Below are positions 11,272 through 25,042 of a stretch of DNA of 54,109 nucleotides, one piece after another. Every line of letters begins with the position of its first letter. The stretch's first letter is position 1. Below the pieces are notes generated by a model. The model ran no database searches. It worked only from the letters and a program-made list of their open reading frames with translations, and had not been told where the DNA came from. Position numbers and translations under genes: made by a program. The stretch is from Octopus bimaculoides (lineage: Eukaryota), in the NCBI RefSeq assembly GCF_001194135.2, contig NC_068986.1, positions 43,758,724-43,812,832 of the forward strand. The letters run 5' to 3'.

Positions 11272-11793
11272 TAATATTGTAATCACCCATTTGAGACAGA
11301 ATTCGAACCATGTAATCATCGTCATGGAATGTCTGTTGGAATAAGATATAAATGCCGTTTCTTTGCACGCTATGAATTCGCAAGAGATTCAATGTTATTT
11401 AGTGTCCAATTAGTTCTTTAACGATTGTCATACCACTTTAGGCAACTCTAATATTGCCTATCGTTATAAAACGAAATTATTAATAAAGAAAATATTATAT
11501 GACACACCTATCACAGTTGGTGTTTAATAATTGATGCTTCAATTTTTATCAAATTTTCCCATTATTGAATTCTAAGACATTTTACCAGATAATATTTAAA
11601 GCAACTATTCACAACTTTTAAATCATCAGTTCATATTTCTTAATTATATAGGAGTGTCAGAATAACCGCTAACTTTATGCTACGAGCTTTGTAGTGGTTG
11701 TGACAAAATAATTAAAGATTTTAGGCCATTTTTCCCCAAAGCTTGAGTGTTTACGGCACTCACTTCTGAATTTTTCTAATCAATTTATGCTAC

Positions 11794-11993
11794 GGGCGCA
11801 AGTGTGGCTGTGTGGTAATAATCTTCCTTCTCAACCATATGGTTCCATACACAGCCCCATTGTGTGTTGCCTTGGGCAAGTGTCTTCAACTATAGCCCTT
11901 AAAAACCAAAGCCTTGAGAGTGGATTTGGTAAATGGAAGCTGAAAGAATTCCGTCGTGTATACTTGCATGCGCGCGCGCGTTTGTGTGTGTGC

Positions 11994-12072
<79 letters not shown>

Positions 12073-12340
12073 AGTGTGTGTGTGTGCGTGTGTGTGTGCG
12101 TGTATGTGCGTGTGTGTGCATACATATATGTATGTGCCTATGTTTGTGTTTGTCCCCCACCATCACTTGACTGCCGGTATTGATTTGTCCTTGTAAAGTA
12201 GCGGTTCGGCAAAAAAATATTCGATAGAGTAAGTACCAGACTTTGGAAAAATAAGTTCTGGGGCCGATTTGTTCGACGGAACCTTTCAAGGCAGTCTCCC
12301 AGCATGGCCGCTGTCCAGTGACTGAAGCAAGTAAAACATA
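11794..12340 (+). mobile_element. tRNA-derived SINE family A, near full length, with ~170-bp internal (TG)n
   Basis: Head gggcgcaagtgtggctgtgtggtaa...; body and tail shared with 1-305. Confidence 0.85.
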
Positions 12341-13808
12341 AAACGTAACAGATACACGATATTGATAGAATGTAAATAGGCATTCTTCAAGGTATTGTTG
12401 TACATAAATTATCGGATCCTGTACGTAGATTGCAATCGATAATTGTACAAGTATCTTCATTTTAGTTGGCATTAGTTTCAGATCCATCAATCAAAAAAGA
12501 AAACAAGAAATTAAAGAATCAAAGAAATCAAAGATATCAAAGATATTTGGTTGAGCTGCCTTAGTGTTTACACTGACAAAACTGTTCACATCAGATTAAT
12601 ATTTTTCCCAAACTGAACCTAAAGTGCATTCAACTGGTTTATATTAAATTTCTTTCCAGCTTGTCCAATACAAGATACCTTACTCCTACGATATCTAATT
12701 ATTTATCTTTTAAGAGTTTACCGATAGGAGAACATATTGCAAGAGTGGAACAATAATACAGTATTATTTATTTCTTATACTTTGCTTAAAAATGTTCAGT
12801 GCTTGAGCCATAGGTTAATATGACCCTTTTGTTGATATCGTATCAGGTAGAAGTGCATTCAACAAATTCCTCAGTGCAGCTGAGATGTAGAAATGCTTTC
12901 AATGATATCTGTGATTCACTGATATCGAAGGTTTTAGTTAATCAAGTAAAGCCATATAAAACTGTTCTTACATCAAGTGTATCCATCATCAATAAGCCAT
13001 TTTTTACTCAATGTAACTCTGATAATGTGAAGATACTTCAGCTCTACTGTTATGATAATGTGCAACGCTCGAGTCTTTTAGATTTTGTTGTTGTGTTATT
13101 GTTGTTATTGTTGTTATTGTTTGGCCCATGTCAGCCATGATCGAGGAAACATATAATTAGAGATAATTTAGTGGTTATCATCCTATCCCATTTACAAGCA
13201 TAGTACTTGGACTACATTATATAGTGTGTCCTCATTCGTTTTACGTGATAGGGTATGAGGATTTTGAAAGATATGATTGCAACTTCAAGCATGCTAAGTG
13301 ACCGTATAAGTTGCAGCTGTATCATCTAACTTGGATTTTGAGCTCAAAGGTCTCCCTCTCAACGCCCTCAACAGGTCACTGTTCTGGTATTATCTTGTTG
13401 GATTCATGAGGACTTACAGATCATTAGTGATCTTATCCGACTACTTATTCCTGTCAAATGTTACAAAGGAACTCGTATGTTCCTGTTACCCAAAATTGCA
13501 GGACTACCTTATGGACAAGTGTTTCACGGAATATTTGGACTTGCTTTAAAAGTTACTATTATATACCCTCCTTTCCCTAGTGAAGGATATTTCACTTAAA
13601 ATAACTTCCAGAGCTGTCTCCATTTCTTGTTTCGATGAAAGAAAATCTGTGTTCTTGACATCCTTGTCTAGTATTTTCTAGAGGATGTTCCTCCTTTCAC
13701 ATGCTATACTGGCGCCTATCTTGTGTGCAAAATACTTTCCATCTTTCAGCAAAATTTTTGCGAAGGATGGCTTTACATCATTTATTTATATGGCTTTATA
13801 TCATTTAT

Positions 13809-13811
<3 letters not shown>

Positions 13812-13878
<67 letters not shown>
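13812..13878. repeat. (GATA)n microsatellite
   Basis: Direct reading. Confidence 0.95.
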
Positions 13879-13881
<3 letters not shown>

Positions 13882-14917
13882 GATTTTATCCTAATTATGT
13901 ATAAAAATATTAATTCACTCCTATACCAAATATATATATATATAAATATACATAAGTCTATGAGGATTAAGCATAAATGACAAACTATTCTCTCTCCCTT
14001 TTATTTATAGTAGAGTTGTTTGGATGTAGCAGAGAACACTTAGTTATAAAGATCATGTTTTAACCATTTGCTCTGATTAGTTAGTTTTTAAATGCAATTT
14101 GTCCCCTAAACAATTATGCCAAATTGCCCAGTCAACCAATCAGATTTTCTCAGATGGATCACGTGTTCTCTTGACAGAAAAACCCTTCACACTTCTGTGG
14201 AGCCCAGTAATTTCCTTAAATAGATCAGTTTTTTCCACTTCAGCAGCCTAGCTTGTTTATGCCACCAGGAAGCTATAGCTCGCTTTCTCCGCGTTACGAC
14301 ACTACCAGCTCTTACTGCATCTATCACCAACAACGACAACATCATAATTCATCCTCGCGCATGTAAGCTCACGAAGTGAATATGATTATTAGCGTTCCTA
14401 CGATATTTAATGTCGTTTTACATTCATGTTGAATTATGTTCTCTTATGCATCACCAGTTCTTTTGGTATAGTAGATTTTTTCTATTCTTGTTTATATCTC
14501 CTCACAGACATGTATATTCTAACAAATCGCTTCTTAAATTTCGCACCTCTCTTGTTCAATAAACACTGAGTTAAACTTGTAAAGCTGTTTATTTTCTCCT
14601 TTCAATTTTTAATGTTTATTTTAGAGGGTTATCAAACTATCAGTTTGGTCTCCCTGAAGTGTAAAGGTGATTTTTAAAAAAAAGTTATTGTTTTTAAAAT
14701 GTTTGGAAATCTTTTATTAGGATGTTACTAAACATTTGTGGGAAGAAGTTTTTTCCAAGTGTGTGAACGCTTTCGTTAAGCCTTTCAAAACACAAGTATT
14801 CTTAAAGAGGAAGTAGCTATTTTTGTGGTAGCCGTTGTATGATTTCCGGTATATTTTTGGACTCCTGGTTTTAGTCATAAATATTCTTTTACAATTGTTT
14901 ATTATATGGAGTGTTGG

Positions 14918-15435
14918 CTATTTTCGGCTTAATTTCGGATTTAGAATTCTTATAAAGTATTCTTCTTTTGCCTTTTGTAGTTGTACATTTTCATCGTTTA
15001 TTTTGTAAAGTGGAAATATTGTAAATTTTCCATTTGCACAGATCTCTAGATATTCACTGCATGGGACATTCCTAAGAGATGAACCCCTAATTTGTTGTTT
15101 ATGCACATTTATATGGCCGGTCAGAATCCTTCCTCTTTCTCCAATGTAGTTTTCATTGCATTCTGGGCCTGTGATGCAGTAGCTAAGGTTTTTTTGTTTT
15201 CAATTCATGTTTGCATTCACTTTTGATTCCTACCCATTCTTGAGTCTTTTGGTTGTCCCTTTCTCAATTAATCGGCATGTCTCACAACGGGTGTCTCCAC
15301 AATTGGTTATTTGCATCGTTTTTTTTTTCAAATGTGAATCTGGCGTTCGTTAGGAGTCTCTTGAGGTTAGGTAGTTGTCTTCGATTGTTAATAATCTGTG
15401 GTTTTTTAATTATACGTTGGAGATTTGGTGACTGA
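14918..15435 (-). mobile_element. Penelope-like element 3' fragment (linker + GIY-YIG endonuclease), decayed
   Basis: Minus strand RRQLPNLKRLLTNARF...CGDTRCETC; KNLSYCITGPECNENYIGE...VHKQQIR...CSEYLEICANGKFTIFPLYK...AKEEYFIRILNPKL. Confidence 0.85.
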
Positions 15436-15524
15436 TGTGGAATTGGGAGATATCGTTTGGGTGAGTGCAGGGTGTTGCGGTCTTTAGGATTGTGGGTGAC
15501 TACAAACGAAATATTTGTATTTTG

Positions 15525-15606
<82 letters not shown>

Positions 15607-15888
15607 CATACTGTGGTTATGGTGGTGGCTGTTGTTGTTGTTGTTGTTAAACGTTGCTATATTTTTCTGTTGGCATGTTTTTTCCTATTCTCATTTTTCT
15701 TTTGTCTTTCATAGATATTCGCTTCGTGATCACAAGATTCGCGGTTCGATCCAACTACGTAGCATCTTGGACAAGAGTCTTTTACAATAGCCTAGAGTTA
15801 ACCCAAACTATATGAGTGAAACCGTGTTGACGAAAAATCTCATGAAGCGCATATGACCCGTTGACAGTCAAAATATAGCTTCTCTATG

Positions 15889-16333
15889 CAGTTCCAACAT
15901 GCTAAAAGCACGTTCAGACTTGTAAACAAACCATTCACCGTGTTTTGTCATGGAGAAAATATCTCGCTGTAGACATACCGTGCAAATACACCCAAATCAG
16001 CTCGCAGTGCCATCTATCCAGACTGTGAAATGCAAGCAGAAACTGGACGGTGGCGCTGCGAGCTGATAAGAGAAATAATCTCTCTTATATTTTTCCAGTT
16101 AACATACGTCGATTTGTAGCGCAAATCGACGGCTCATCGTAATTAGATTATGGGGCGACTGCCTTAAGCGGCAATAAGTAAAAATGCAATGTTAATGCCA
16201 GTTCGAACATGCTAAAAGCACTTTCGAACATGCTAAAAGCACTTTCGCCGTGTTTTGCCATGGCAAAAATTTGTCGCTGTAAATACATCGAAATCAGCTC
16301 GCAGTGAGATGCAAGAGTAGTTATCTCCTCTTC
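15889..16333 (+). repeat. Two diverged direct copies of an unidentified ~140-bp sequence; second copy has a perfect 21-bp tandem duplication
   Basis: cagttcc/gaacatgctaaaagcac...ccgtgttttgt/ccatgg...aaatcagctcgcagtg at 15889 and 16199; TTCGAACATGCTAAAAGCACT x2 at 16202-16243. Confidence 0.7.
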
Positions 16334-16544
16334 AGTCACCTCGTAGCTTCTCTGTTTTTAAAATCGTTTGTTATTTCTTGCTGTTGGGATTTAGTTGTGA
16401 CGCTACCACAATCTTAACCAAAAAGGTCTGGATGTTGTTTTGCATTCTCATTGTATGTTAATAGTTGGTATGCGTCAAAATCTTGAAAGATAATATGTTA
16501 GTAAAACAATATAGAGGACATATCAACACAATTATGTATTTATC

Positions 16545-16889
16545 ATCTTTATTTGTCTCGTCATTGGACTGTGGCCATAGGAGTATCACCTTGAAGGGTT
16601 TTCGAACAAATCAACTTTGTTACTTTTTTTAAAGTCGGTACTTATTGTATCAGTCGTCAAGCGGGGTGGGGGCGGACAAACGTAGACATAAGGACACGCA
16701 TATACACACATGTAAAATAATATATACGATGGCTTCTTCAGTTTCTGTGTATCAAATTTACTCAAAAGGTATTAGTAGGCGCGGGGATATAGTAGAAGAC
16801 ACTTGCCCAAAGTGGCGTGCAGTGACATTGAACCTGAAATTACGTGGTTCCAAAACGAGCTTTTTGACCACACAGCCATGCCTGCGCCT
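16545..16889 (-). mobile_element. SINE family A, diverged
   Basis: Reverse complement begins aggcgcaggcatggctgtgtggtc...ttgggcaagtgtcttctactata. Confidence 0.75.
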
Positions 16890-18879
16890 ATTAGTAAATT
16901 TAAATATAACAATATAAGATACTTAAGTTGAATCTTAAATTCTACGATGGGCAATGAAGCAAAAGCACATACTCATATCTGGAAAAATACAATTCTCAAG
17001 AAAATATGAAACAGTTTCAAAATCAGTGCAAAAACATTTGAAATACACTTGTTGACCAGTATATCCATAGGTATCAATGTAAATTTATAAACTAGGAAGA
17101 GAAGCATGGTGTTATGAAATAGTTATCTGTAAATAGTCTCTTCCTCACAGATTTTCAAAGATATGTTCACTTCTGTATTGGAATCTAATATCTCTGACTA
17201 CATAATCTTTCTTTCATATCCCAAACAGTCACATCAAACGTATGAAGTTTTCCCTTAATGAAAACTTTGATGGGAATGTTCCACATATAATCCTTGTACA
17301 GATAAATAACATGCACTAAATATAAAGAGTATTTTCTATGTTCATCCCATAACAGAGGTAATTGTATATTGGTTCAGCAACATTAAATATATGCATATAC
17401 ATGTCTATGTATGTCTTTGTGTGTGTGTATATATATAGATATATATATACATATAGTTTTATTATAATAATTTCATNNNNNNNNNNATATATATTGTATT
17501 AATGTTATGCATTGTCCTGAAATTAATTTTAATCTAAAATAGTCTTTGTTAGTTTAATGAAATTTAACAATATGTAAATATATACAATTAAAGTTATTTT
17601 AGAATAATAACTTCCCTTTGCAGACGCATTCACATATTAATAGTTTGAACTTCGTCATATTAATGTATCTATTGAATAGATATTTGCTTATTACAAGGAT
17701 CTTACTTTATTATCTCAAATTCAAAATCTAATTTAGAGTTTTGTATTAGAATTAGTTGAATAACTAACTGTTATTTTTGTATTGTCAATCGCATTAAATA
17801 AATCCCATTTCAATTTTTGTTTTCTTTTTGTTGGAAACGTTTCACTACTTCTGAGTTGTATATTAGTTATGCATATTTTTGCCGCATATTATTCTGACTG
17901 TATTTCAATTCTGGTATTATCCTCGCACTAGAGATAAATACAGTCAAATGCAAGCATGCATATTATGCATTTGTACGCCTTCTTAGTTCCGCATAGATAC
18001 GCAGAGAAGAAGAGAAACAATATTTGGGTTGGAATAGCAACTACCTACGAGACATATTGTTTAAGAATAATGCTTGAGATGTCATCAATGCTTGTAGATA
18101 TGGCTTTTAACGTAGTGGATGGGTTTCTTTTTACACGTAATATAGTTTTGTCAGATGGGATGACTGATACAGTTTTATCAAATCGGATGCTTAATGCAAC
18201 TTTATCAAATGGGAAGCTTGACTAGAAATAGGTATAAGAGTATTTGTGTGTGAGCGAAAGAGTATGTGTATGCACATGTGCGTATATATGTGTTTGTGTA
18301 AGCACACATTTGTATCTGTATGTGTTACGAGATAGCACATGATACGTATATTAAAAGAAATGTCATATTTAGATTCATGAAACTATATTCTTCCTTAGCA
18401 TCAGGCTTATAATTCTGAAAACGATTACAGATTACCTTCTACTCTAGTCACCGTGGAATTCGAATTTTGATGATCTCTTAGAGACAATATTTGGTTTCCT
18501 GTTATAGTCATATTCGTTTTGCATCTTACCTTCAAGATTAAAAGAAACCAGCCAAACAAGGAGCCTCTAACGCTCGACCTGCTAGAAATAGAAGTTAGAT
18601 CTCCCACAAACACACACAACTTAGAATAATAGAATTCTTGATGCACTAAGTATGAATAAAAGACAAATCTCTAACGACTTGCCTATCTTTCAGAGCAACA
18701 TAAACATACACGGCTGCGAATAAACGAAGGAACCCCTGTAGGATCACTCTACTTGCCAGAAATGGCCGCCGAATCTCACTCGAGCTACGATATACCGTCT
18801 TTAAAATGGGCACTTTGGGTAGATAATGTTCTCCAGCGTATACTGTGTTTACAAAAGACATTAACGCAAGTATGACTAT

Positions 18880-18974
18880 GAGGCCAAGAAGCACGTTCTA
18901 CGGGCAAAAGTCTTCTATATAGTCCTGGGCCTACTAAATGTGAATTTAAAATATGAAAACTGTAACGAAGCCCG

Positions 18975-19062
<88 letters not shown>

Positions 19063-19246
19063 GTGCGTGTGTGTGTGCGTGTGTGTGTGTGTGCGTGTGT
19101 GTGTTTGGTGTTTGTCCCACATAGCTACTTGACAACTGGCATTAATTTGTTTACGTTCCTTATAACTTAGCAGTTCGGCTAAAGGTCGGAAAGAATAAAT
19201 TCTAGACCTTAAAATAAGTACTAGAGTTGATTTGGTCAACTAAACC
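18880..19246 (+). mobile_element. SINE family A, 5'-truncated, with ~130-bp internal (TG)n
   Basis: gggcaaaagtcttctatatag...gaagcccg(tg)n...cttgacaactggc...taacttagcagttcggc. Confidence 0.75.
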
Positions 19247-19652
19247 TCGCAACAGAAAGCAATGTGAGCAACATGAAGCAAGTTGTAACACATAGGTGAG
19301 GAAATTACCTTTTTATGTTCTATTTATCACCTGATGCACAGGACATATTTCTCTGGTGTTAGGTATCGTATCTGATACATATTCTCAATTTTTTTTTTTA
19401 AACCACCAGAGTAACTTGGTACTTATGAAAGGAAAGCTTTATGTTACTCAGAACGTATGAAACAAGGACTGACTAAAACTTTGGAAACAGGATGGACGTT
19501 TAAGAAGAATTTATGAAAATACTTTGGACAAGCAAAGGCTTAAGCTGCTTGAAAATTACTCCTCCATCGTTTAAATGAGTATTCTTGTTGTTCAATCAAT
19601 TCCTTATTGTATTAGCATATATACGTAGATGTGTATTTATTCTATGACCAGA

Positions 19653-19970
19653 CATAGGCATGGCCAAATGGTTATGTAGTTCGTTTCGTAATCCTGAAGT
19701 CCCAGGTTCTATCCAATTTCGTAGCATTTTGGGCAAGTTTTTTTCACCATAGCCTCGGGTTGACCCAAGCGTTGAGGGTGAAACTGGCTACAGAAATTGC
19801 ATCGATTGTCATCAAATGGGTTGTATGTGCAATTCCAAAGGGTACTCTTGTTACATACTGTGTCACGCAGATTCTCTCTAAGAATTACATTTAAGCATAC
19901 ACATGTCCCAAGCCCCCAAGCACTTACATTATAATTTAATAAGTAGGTAATTACATTGATCGATCCCTTT
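19653..19970 (+). mobile_element. Diverged SINE: family-A-like head joined to a family-B/D-like tail
   Basis: ggcatggccaaatggtta...tgggcaag...catagcctcgggttgaccc then caaagggtactcttgttacatactgtgtcacgc...ttgatcgatc. Confidence 0.5.
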
Positions 19971-19993
19971 TACAAGACAGGGCTATAAGAGAA

Positions 19994-20310
19994 CTCCGTC
20001 GCTAACAACGACGAGGGTTCCAGTTGATCCGATCAACAGAACAGCCTGCTCATGAAATTAACATGCAAGTAGCTGAGAACTCTACAGAGATGCGTACACT
20101 TAACATAATTTTCAGAGAGATTCAGCGTCACAAAGAATGTGACAAGGCTGATCCTTTGAAATACAGGTACCACTCATTTTTGCCAGCTGAGTGGACTGGA
20201 GTAATGTGAAATAAAGTGCCTTTCTCAAGGACAGAATGCGCTGTCTAGTATCAAACTCACGACCAAACGATCGAGAGTCGAATACCCTAACGACGAAACC
20301 ACACCCTTTC
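19994..20310 (-). mobile_element. tRNA-derived SINE family D (shares 3' tail with family B)
   Basis: Similar to 32664-32984; tail gggttccagttgatccgatcaacagaacagcctgctc. Confidence 0.8.
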
Positions 20311-23104
20311 TAGACAGGGATATAGATCAAACTGCAAGCACTAAATCTTAAATTTTCCAGGTAACTTTTAATTCTTCCTGAGCTTGTATCATGCTCTCAA
20401 ATCCTCATCTCTAATCGAACAACGAGTCGGCGTAAAACCATTGAGCAGAAGACCCCGAAACGCAACACACCTCCTGATGACCTCTGAAATCTAATGATGT
20501 CCGATGTTCCCAGCTCTGAATTGGCAGCATTTGCACAAATAATCTGTCTGCAAATTTCTAATTTCATAATTAGGTAATTCAATTGATCGATTCCTTTTAC
20601 TTTCCACAGCCACGCATGCCCCTTAACACAACTAGGACAAAACCGGACCTTTATTTAGGCTTACAATTCATTTTATTTTCGTTTTATTAAATTATCGACT
20701 ATTTTAATGTTTCCGGTAGGTATTTTACAGAATTTATTTGCATGAAAGTGCCTAAATTAAACTTCATTGATATCGATAAAACGAGTGCTAGAGATTCGAT
20801 CAACAAAGAAGTCTTTTCTTATGAAAAATGCAAGTATCACTGAATAAATTATGTAAATACACCAACTCTTGTTATTTTCTAATGCATATTACATTGATGA
20901 ACAATATTTACATTGAAGTTTCTCTTTAATTTATTTAATTATAACAGTTATAATTTTTATTGTCTGAAATATCTTAAAAGTCTACTCTTCCATTGAAACT
21001 AAAATAAACGTTTTTTTTTTTATTTTTACTTCGGAAAACTTATTAATAACTTGGTTAACATATAAACATTAACAACGTACTCGCTACTTTAGAAATGAGT
21101 CCTTTCTATTGTTTGCTATTTACAGTTAGTTGGAATCACTACTACCTGTTGAACGTTAAATAATTCGTTATAACATGACGTAGTCCTAGGTGGATATATA
21201 CTATAACCATTAAGCTAACATTTCCACGCCTTATCAAGAGTGCCAGATGTGACTCTGTTTAGACATTCGTAGAAATAATTTAAAATTCAATTTCAGCTCA
21301 TTTATTACCGTTTTAATAATTATCGACCACAATTATTTACGTATCCCCATATGTGTAACAAAACATTTTAAAATGTTTCTGTATTTTGTTTAATAAACAA
21401 TGCATTATTTTTCTTTACTATGCAGATATTGGTTCAGCTATTGTCTTACTTAGCGTTTTCAAAACAAAACCTCGATAGTAATCAAGTTTTCAAGAACAGA
21501 AGGATTAGAATTTATTTAACAAGTTTGACGAAACAAAACATAAAACGTAATTTGTGATACTAATCTTTCTGTAGTCAACTGAAATCACTGAAAACATAAG
21601 ATCGTATTCACTTTGTTTTAAGGACACCTGCAAATGATGAGCAATCTATTGTACAGTATTGATTTTCATTATTAGAATCTAAAAATAATTTTGCCTCAAT
21701 ACCCATTCTCTACATCGTTTGATACTCCTGAGAATGTGTTATCATTAGTCAACACTTAACTTTTTCTGATTCACTTTCTAGATAATTTTTACTTATTCAT
21801 GTACATGTATGAAGCTTTCAAGGTTAGAATAAACATAGATTTCATAACTGAAATTTTCTCTCAAAAGGAGTAGGGTCCATTTTCTCATTACTTGCCTTTT
21901 AAAAGGAGATCTGTGTAACTTACGTATTGTAGTATAAGAATGGGATTTGTGGCTGAGATTTTGAGCAACTAGAAAACAAAATCTTGTATGATTATATATA
22001 TATATATGTGTGTGTGTGTATGTGTGTGTGTGTGTGTGTGTGTATAAACGCTACACGGATAGTGATGAATCGGGGAAGTTAGTGTAACCAGAACTCTTTG
22101 TTGAGAAAATCCTGTAGAAAATTTTTGATCGACAAAATGCTAATGATCAATGTTGTTATCTTGAAAGGGGATAATTGGTGATATCGTTCAACTAAGGATA
22201 TGGATCATCTCAGGAGGACGTGTTTGCGTCTATTAGAAGTTGAAATGTATTGCTTTTGTAACGCAAAAGAACTAACCATATATTAGGTGTGTTGGCTATG
22301 AAAATAACTTTCTAGACGATGTGAAGGGATAGAAACAGTAAAACACTCGATCAAATGTCTTTCAGTATGTATTTCTTTTCGTCTAAGTTCTGAGTTCAAA
22401 TCTCCCAGAAAATGATACTGCTGTTCGTTCCTCTTGAGTCTATGACATAATTACCAGTTACACACAAGGATCGATCCCATCGGTTCTAGAAGAGTTGATT
22501 CAATCGAAATAGTTTTATAGAGTGAGTATAATATTTCTCTCAAACTATAATAAATATCGTTATAGAGTGAGGTAATATTTCTCTCAAACTCAGAGCTTAC
22601 TCACATCCACATAAATACACGCCCACCAAAATTTGAAACAACGAATGCATCGTGTATTTAGTTTCACATAATTAATGCTGACATCACAGAGAATTTAGAA
22701 ATAAATTGATTTAGAATTATTTTGATTAGAGGCTCGTTATCAGATTGAACACTAATATTTTCATGACCGGAGAGAAAATTGGAAAATGAACAGGTATAAA
22801 GTAAAAGTTGTGGTGAGAAATACACTACTACAATTAAAACTAAACCTCGACTTTATTCGTTTCTAGATATACACATGTGTGTGTGTGTGTGCGTGTGTTC
22901 GTGCGTCCATGCGTATGTTGCAGGCGTATGTATGTGTGCGTGAGTTTGTATATGTGTGTACGTACGCGCACGCGTGTGTGTGTGTGTGAAGCAATTACAA
23001 AGAATACCGAAACTGTACGTCTTCAATTTTTTTCTTTAGTGTGCCATGTGCACGTCTATGGGTATTCTTTCAGTAGTACATAGAAGTCTTTCTTGAATTT
23101 GTCA

Positions 23105-23235
23105 CTTGGCAGAACCATTAGAGCGTGGATAGATTGCTTCGCAGTAATTGTTCCGGATATCTATAGCCTGAGTTCAAATCCTATTGTGGTCAACCTCGCC
23201 TTTCATCCTTTTTGGTGTCAATAAATAAGCAGTCT
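23105..23235 (+). mobile_element. SINE family C, partial
   Basis: ctgagttcaaatcc...ggtcaacctcgcctttcatcctttt...gtcaataaataag core, also at 38762, 46101, 48216. Confidence 0.7.
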
Positions 23236-24429
23236 TCCATTTGTACCATTTCCCTTCCCTTCCATTGCATTATTTCCCTTTCTTTCTAGAAGAAATCGGG
23301 TGTTGTCAGACATGGAGAGAGGTGGGTTTCCTCATGTCTAAAAAATATCCTCCAAGTCACGTTGCATGTCACGACAGTCCTCCTCCCCGTGACTCCATCA
23401 AGGAGTTCAAAACTCAAAGCAAGATGTCGTTAACTAATATTGTTTTGTGTTTGTTTGTTTTTTGTTTTTGTTTTTTTATTTTTTGTTTACCTCGTTGACA
23501 TCCAGCTGGCAACTAACTGTCATAACAGAGCATGTTTTTAATCTTTTGTCACAACGAACAATATCAGGTTATTTGTGTTTTAAGATGGCTGCTTTATTTT
23601 TGGGCGTCTTTTGATACTTTAATCCTATTGCGTTATGCTTTATTCATTAATGCTTTTATTTCTTTGATTTTATTTTCAATTCGAGGTCGTTTTAGCCGGC
23701 ATATCATGTCCCATAAGGCGGTGGCTTCACGAAAACAAACCCACGCAGTGGATTTAGCTAATGTTTTCATTTTTGTTTTGCATTGCCGACATCTCACTTG
23801 GGTTACATGAAGGGAAACCACCAGAGATATATGCATAAACTTGTTGACACCATAACAACATAACAAGCTTTCAATGTGACATTCCCCTCTTTGTCATTGT
23901 ATTGTCTTTAGCCTATGGATTTTAAAAATATTTCTCTTCAATAAATAAATATTTTTTCTTCAATCCAGGAACAAGGCTGTTTTATTGGACTTTACACTAT
24001 ATCGATTACGTATTCGTGTTCACATGTCAGCGCGTTGTATGAACATGTATGTTTGCTTACTTACTTGCATCCTGTTGTGTGTGCGAATTGTATGCTTTCA
24101 CGTGAACATACATATAGTTGTATTTCTATACTTGTCTCTCATTATATATAGAACAGGATAAACTTCTGGAATGCTTTACATACTCTTACAATTTCATTAC
24201 TTTCTTTCTTCTGTAATTGTAAAATCAACCGTCTACTCTCAGATTTTATGAAACCTAACGTCTCAGGACTGGCGCTGCGGCAGTTTGTTATATAACCAAG
24301 TTTAACAATAACCACAGATATTAATCTTAGAGGAGACGAATGACCCGAAACTACCCTAGTGGAAGTGACACGAAAGAACCAACTCCGGGATGTGTAGACA
24401 ACAGTGATATAAGTAGAAAAGTCAGAGAA

Positions 24430-24800
24430 AAGAGACAGTACCGTCTATGAGGCAGTAGCTGGACTGTGTTGTGGGCGAGTACTTGCCAATCAGTCAGGTA
24501 AACATTTTCTCGGTGCAGTATAAGACGTCTGTATCAGTAACAGCAATACCATCACAAAGGTGGAAGCAGTTTTCCATCATGGGCCTGAACTGAGTTTTAT
24601 TGAGTTTTAGCAGTGGTTCGGTAGCAAGATATTTTCTGGCTCTGAGTCAGTCTTTATGATACAATTTTTGCAACGCTGAGGATGTGTGTTTGCCAAGATC
24701 ATCAGATATGGAAAGGCGTACATTTCTAGTGACGTTAAGGGTGCTTATAGTATGTTCATGTTCAGGAGCGGTAGGTATGGTATTGTTTTCTTCCCTGTAT
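24430..24800 (-). mobile_element. Heavily decayed CR1/L2-type LINE RT C-terminal fragment
   Basis: Minus strand LLKLNKTQFRPMME(Y)CFHLCDG resembles the LLxLYKxxVRPxMEYCSxxW motif. Confidence 0.5.
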
Positions 24801-24942
24801 AGCGATTGTATCTTTATGTTTTAAAGGGGATACGATTGCATGGCTACCGTTTCATGGAATCAGTGCAGGTTTGACGTGAATTGCCTCGTTTGCATATTGG
24901 CATCGTTTGGTTGCAGAAGTTTAGAAATGAAATGTGGTCTGT

Positions 24943-25042
<100 letters not shown>

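Noticed and set aside
11787-12196. VCVC/HTHT/YIYI ORFs here and at ~15457, 18785, 24840, 30828, 40615, 51859
   Set aside because: Translations of dinucleotide microsatellites.
12820-13140. 106-aa ORF as a host exon
   Set aside because: No motif, ends in a (TTG)n low-complexity tract, no supporting exon chain.
17956-18225. 89-aa plus-strand ORF with a partly open mirror frame and possible splice sites on the minus strand
   Set aside because: No recognisable domain, no partner exons; could be chance. A protein or RNA-seq match would revive it.
21406-21490. Good-looking splice acceptor (tttctttactatgcag) followed by a short frame IGSAIVLLSVFKTKPR*
   Set aside because: Such acceptors are common in AT-rich DNA; no upstream exon identified.
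24320-24365. CCCGAAACTACCCTAGTG as a hammerhead
   Set aside because: Helix III-like pairing is present but there is no CUGANGA and position 17 is G.
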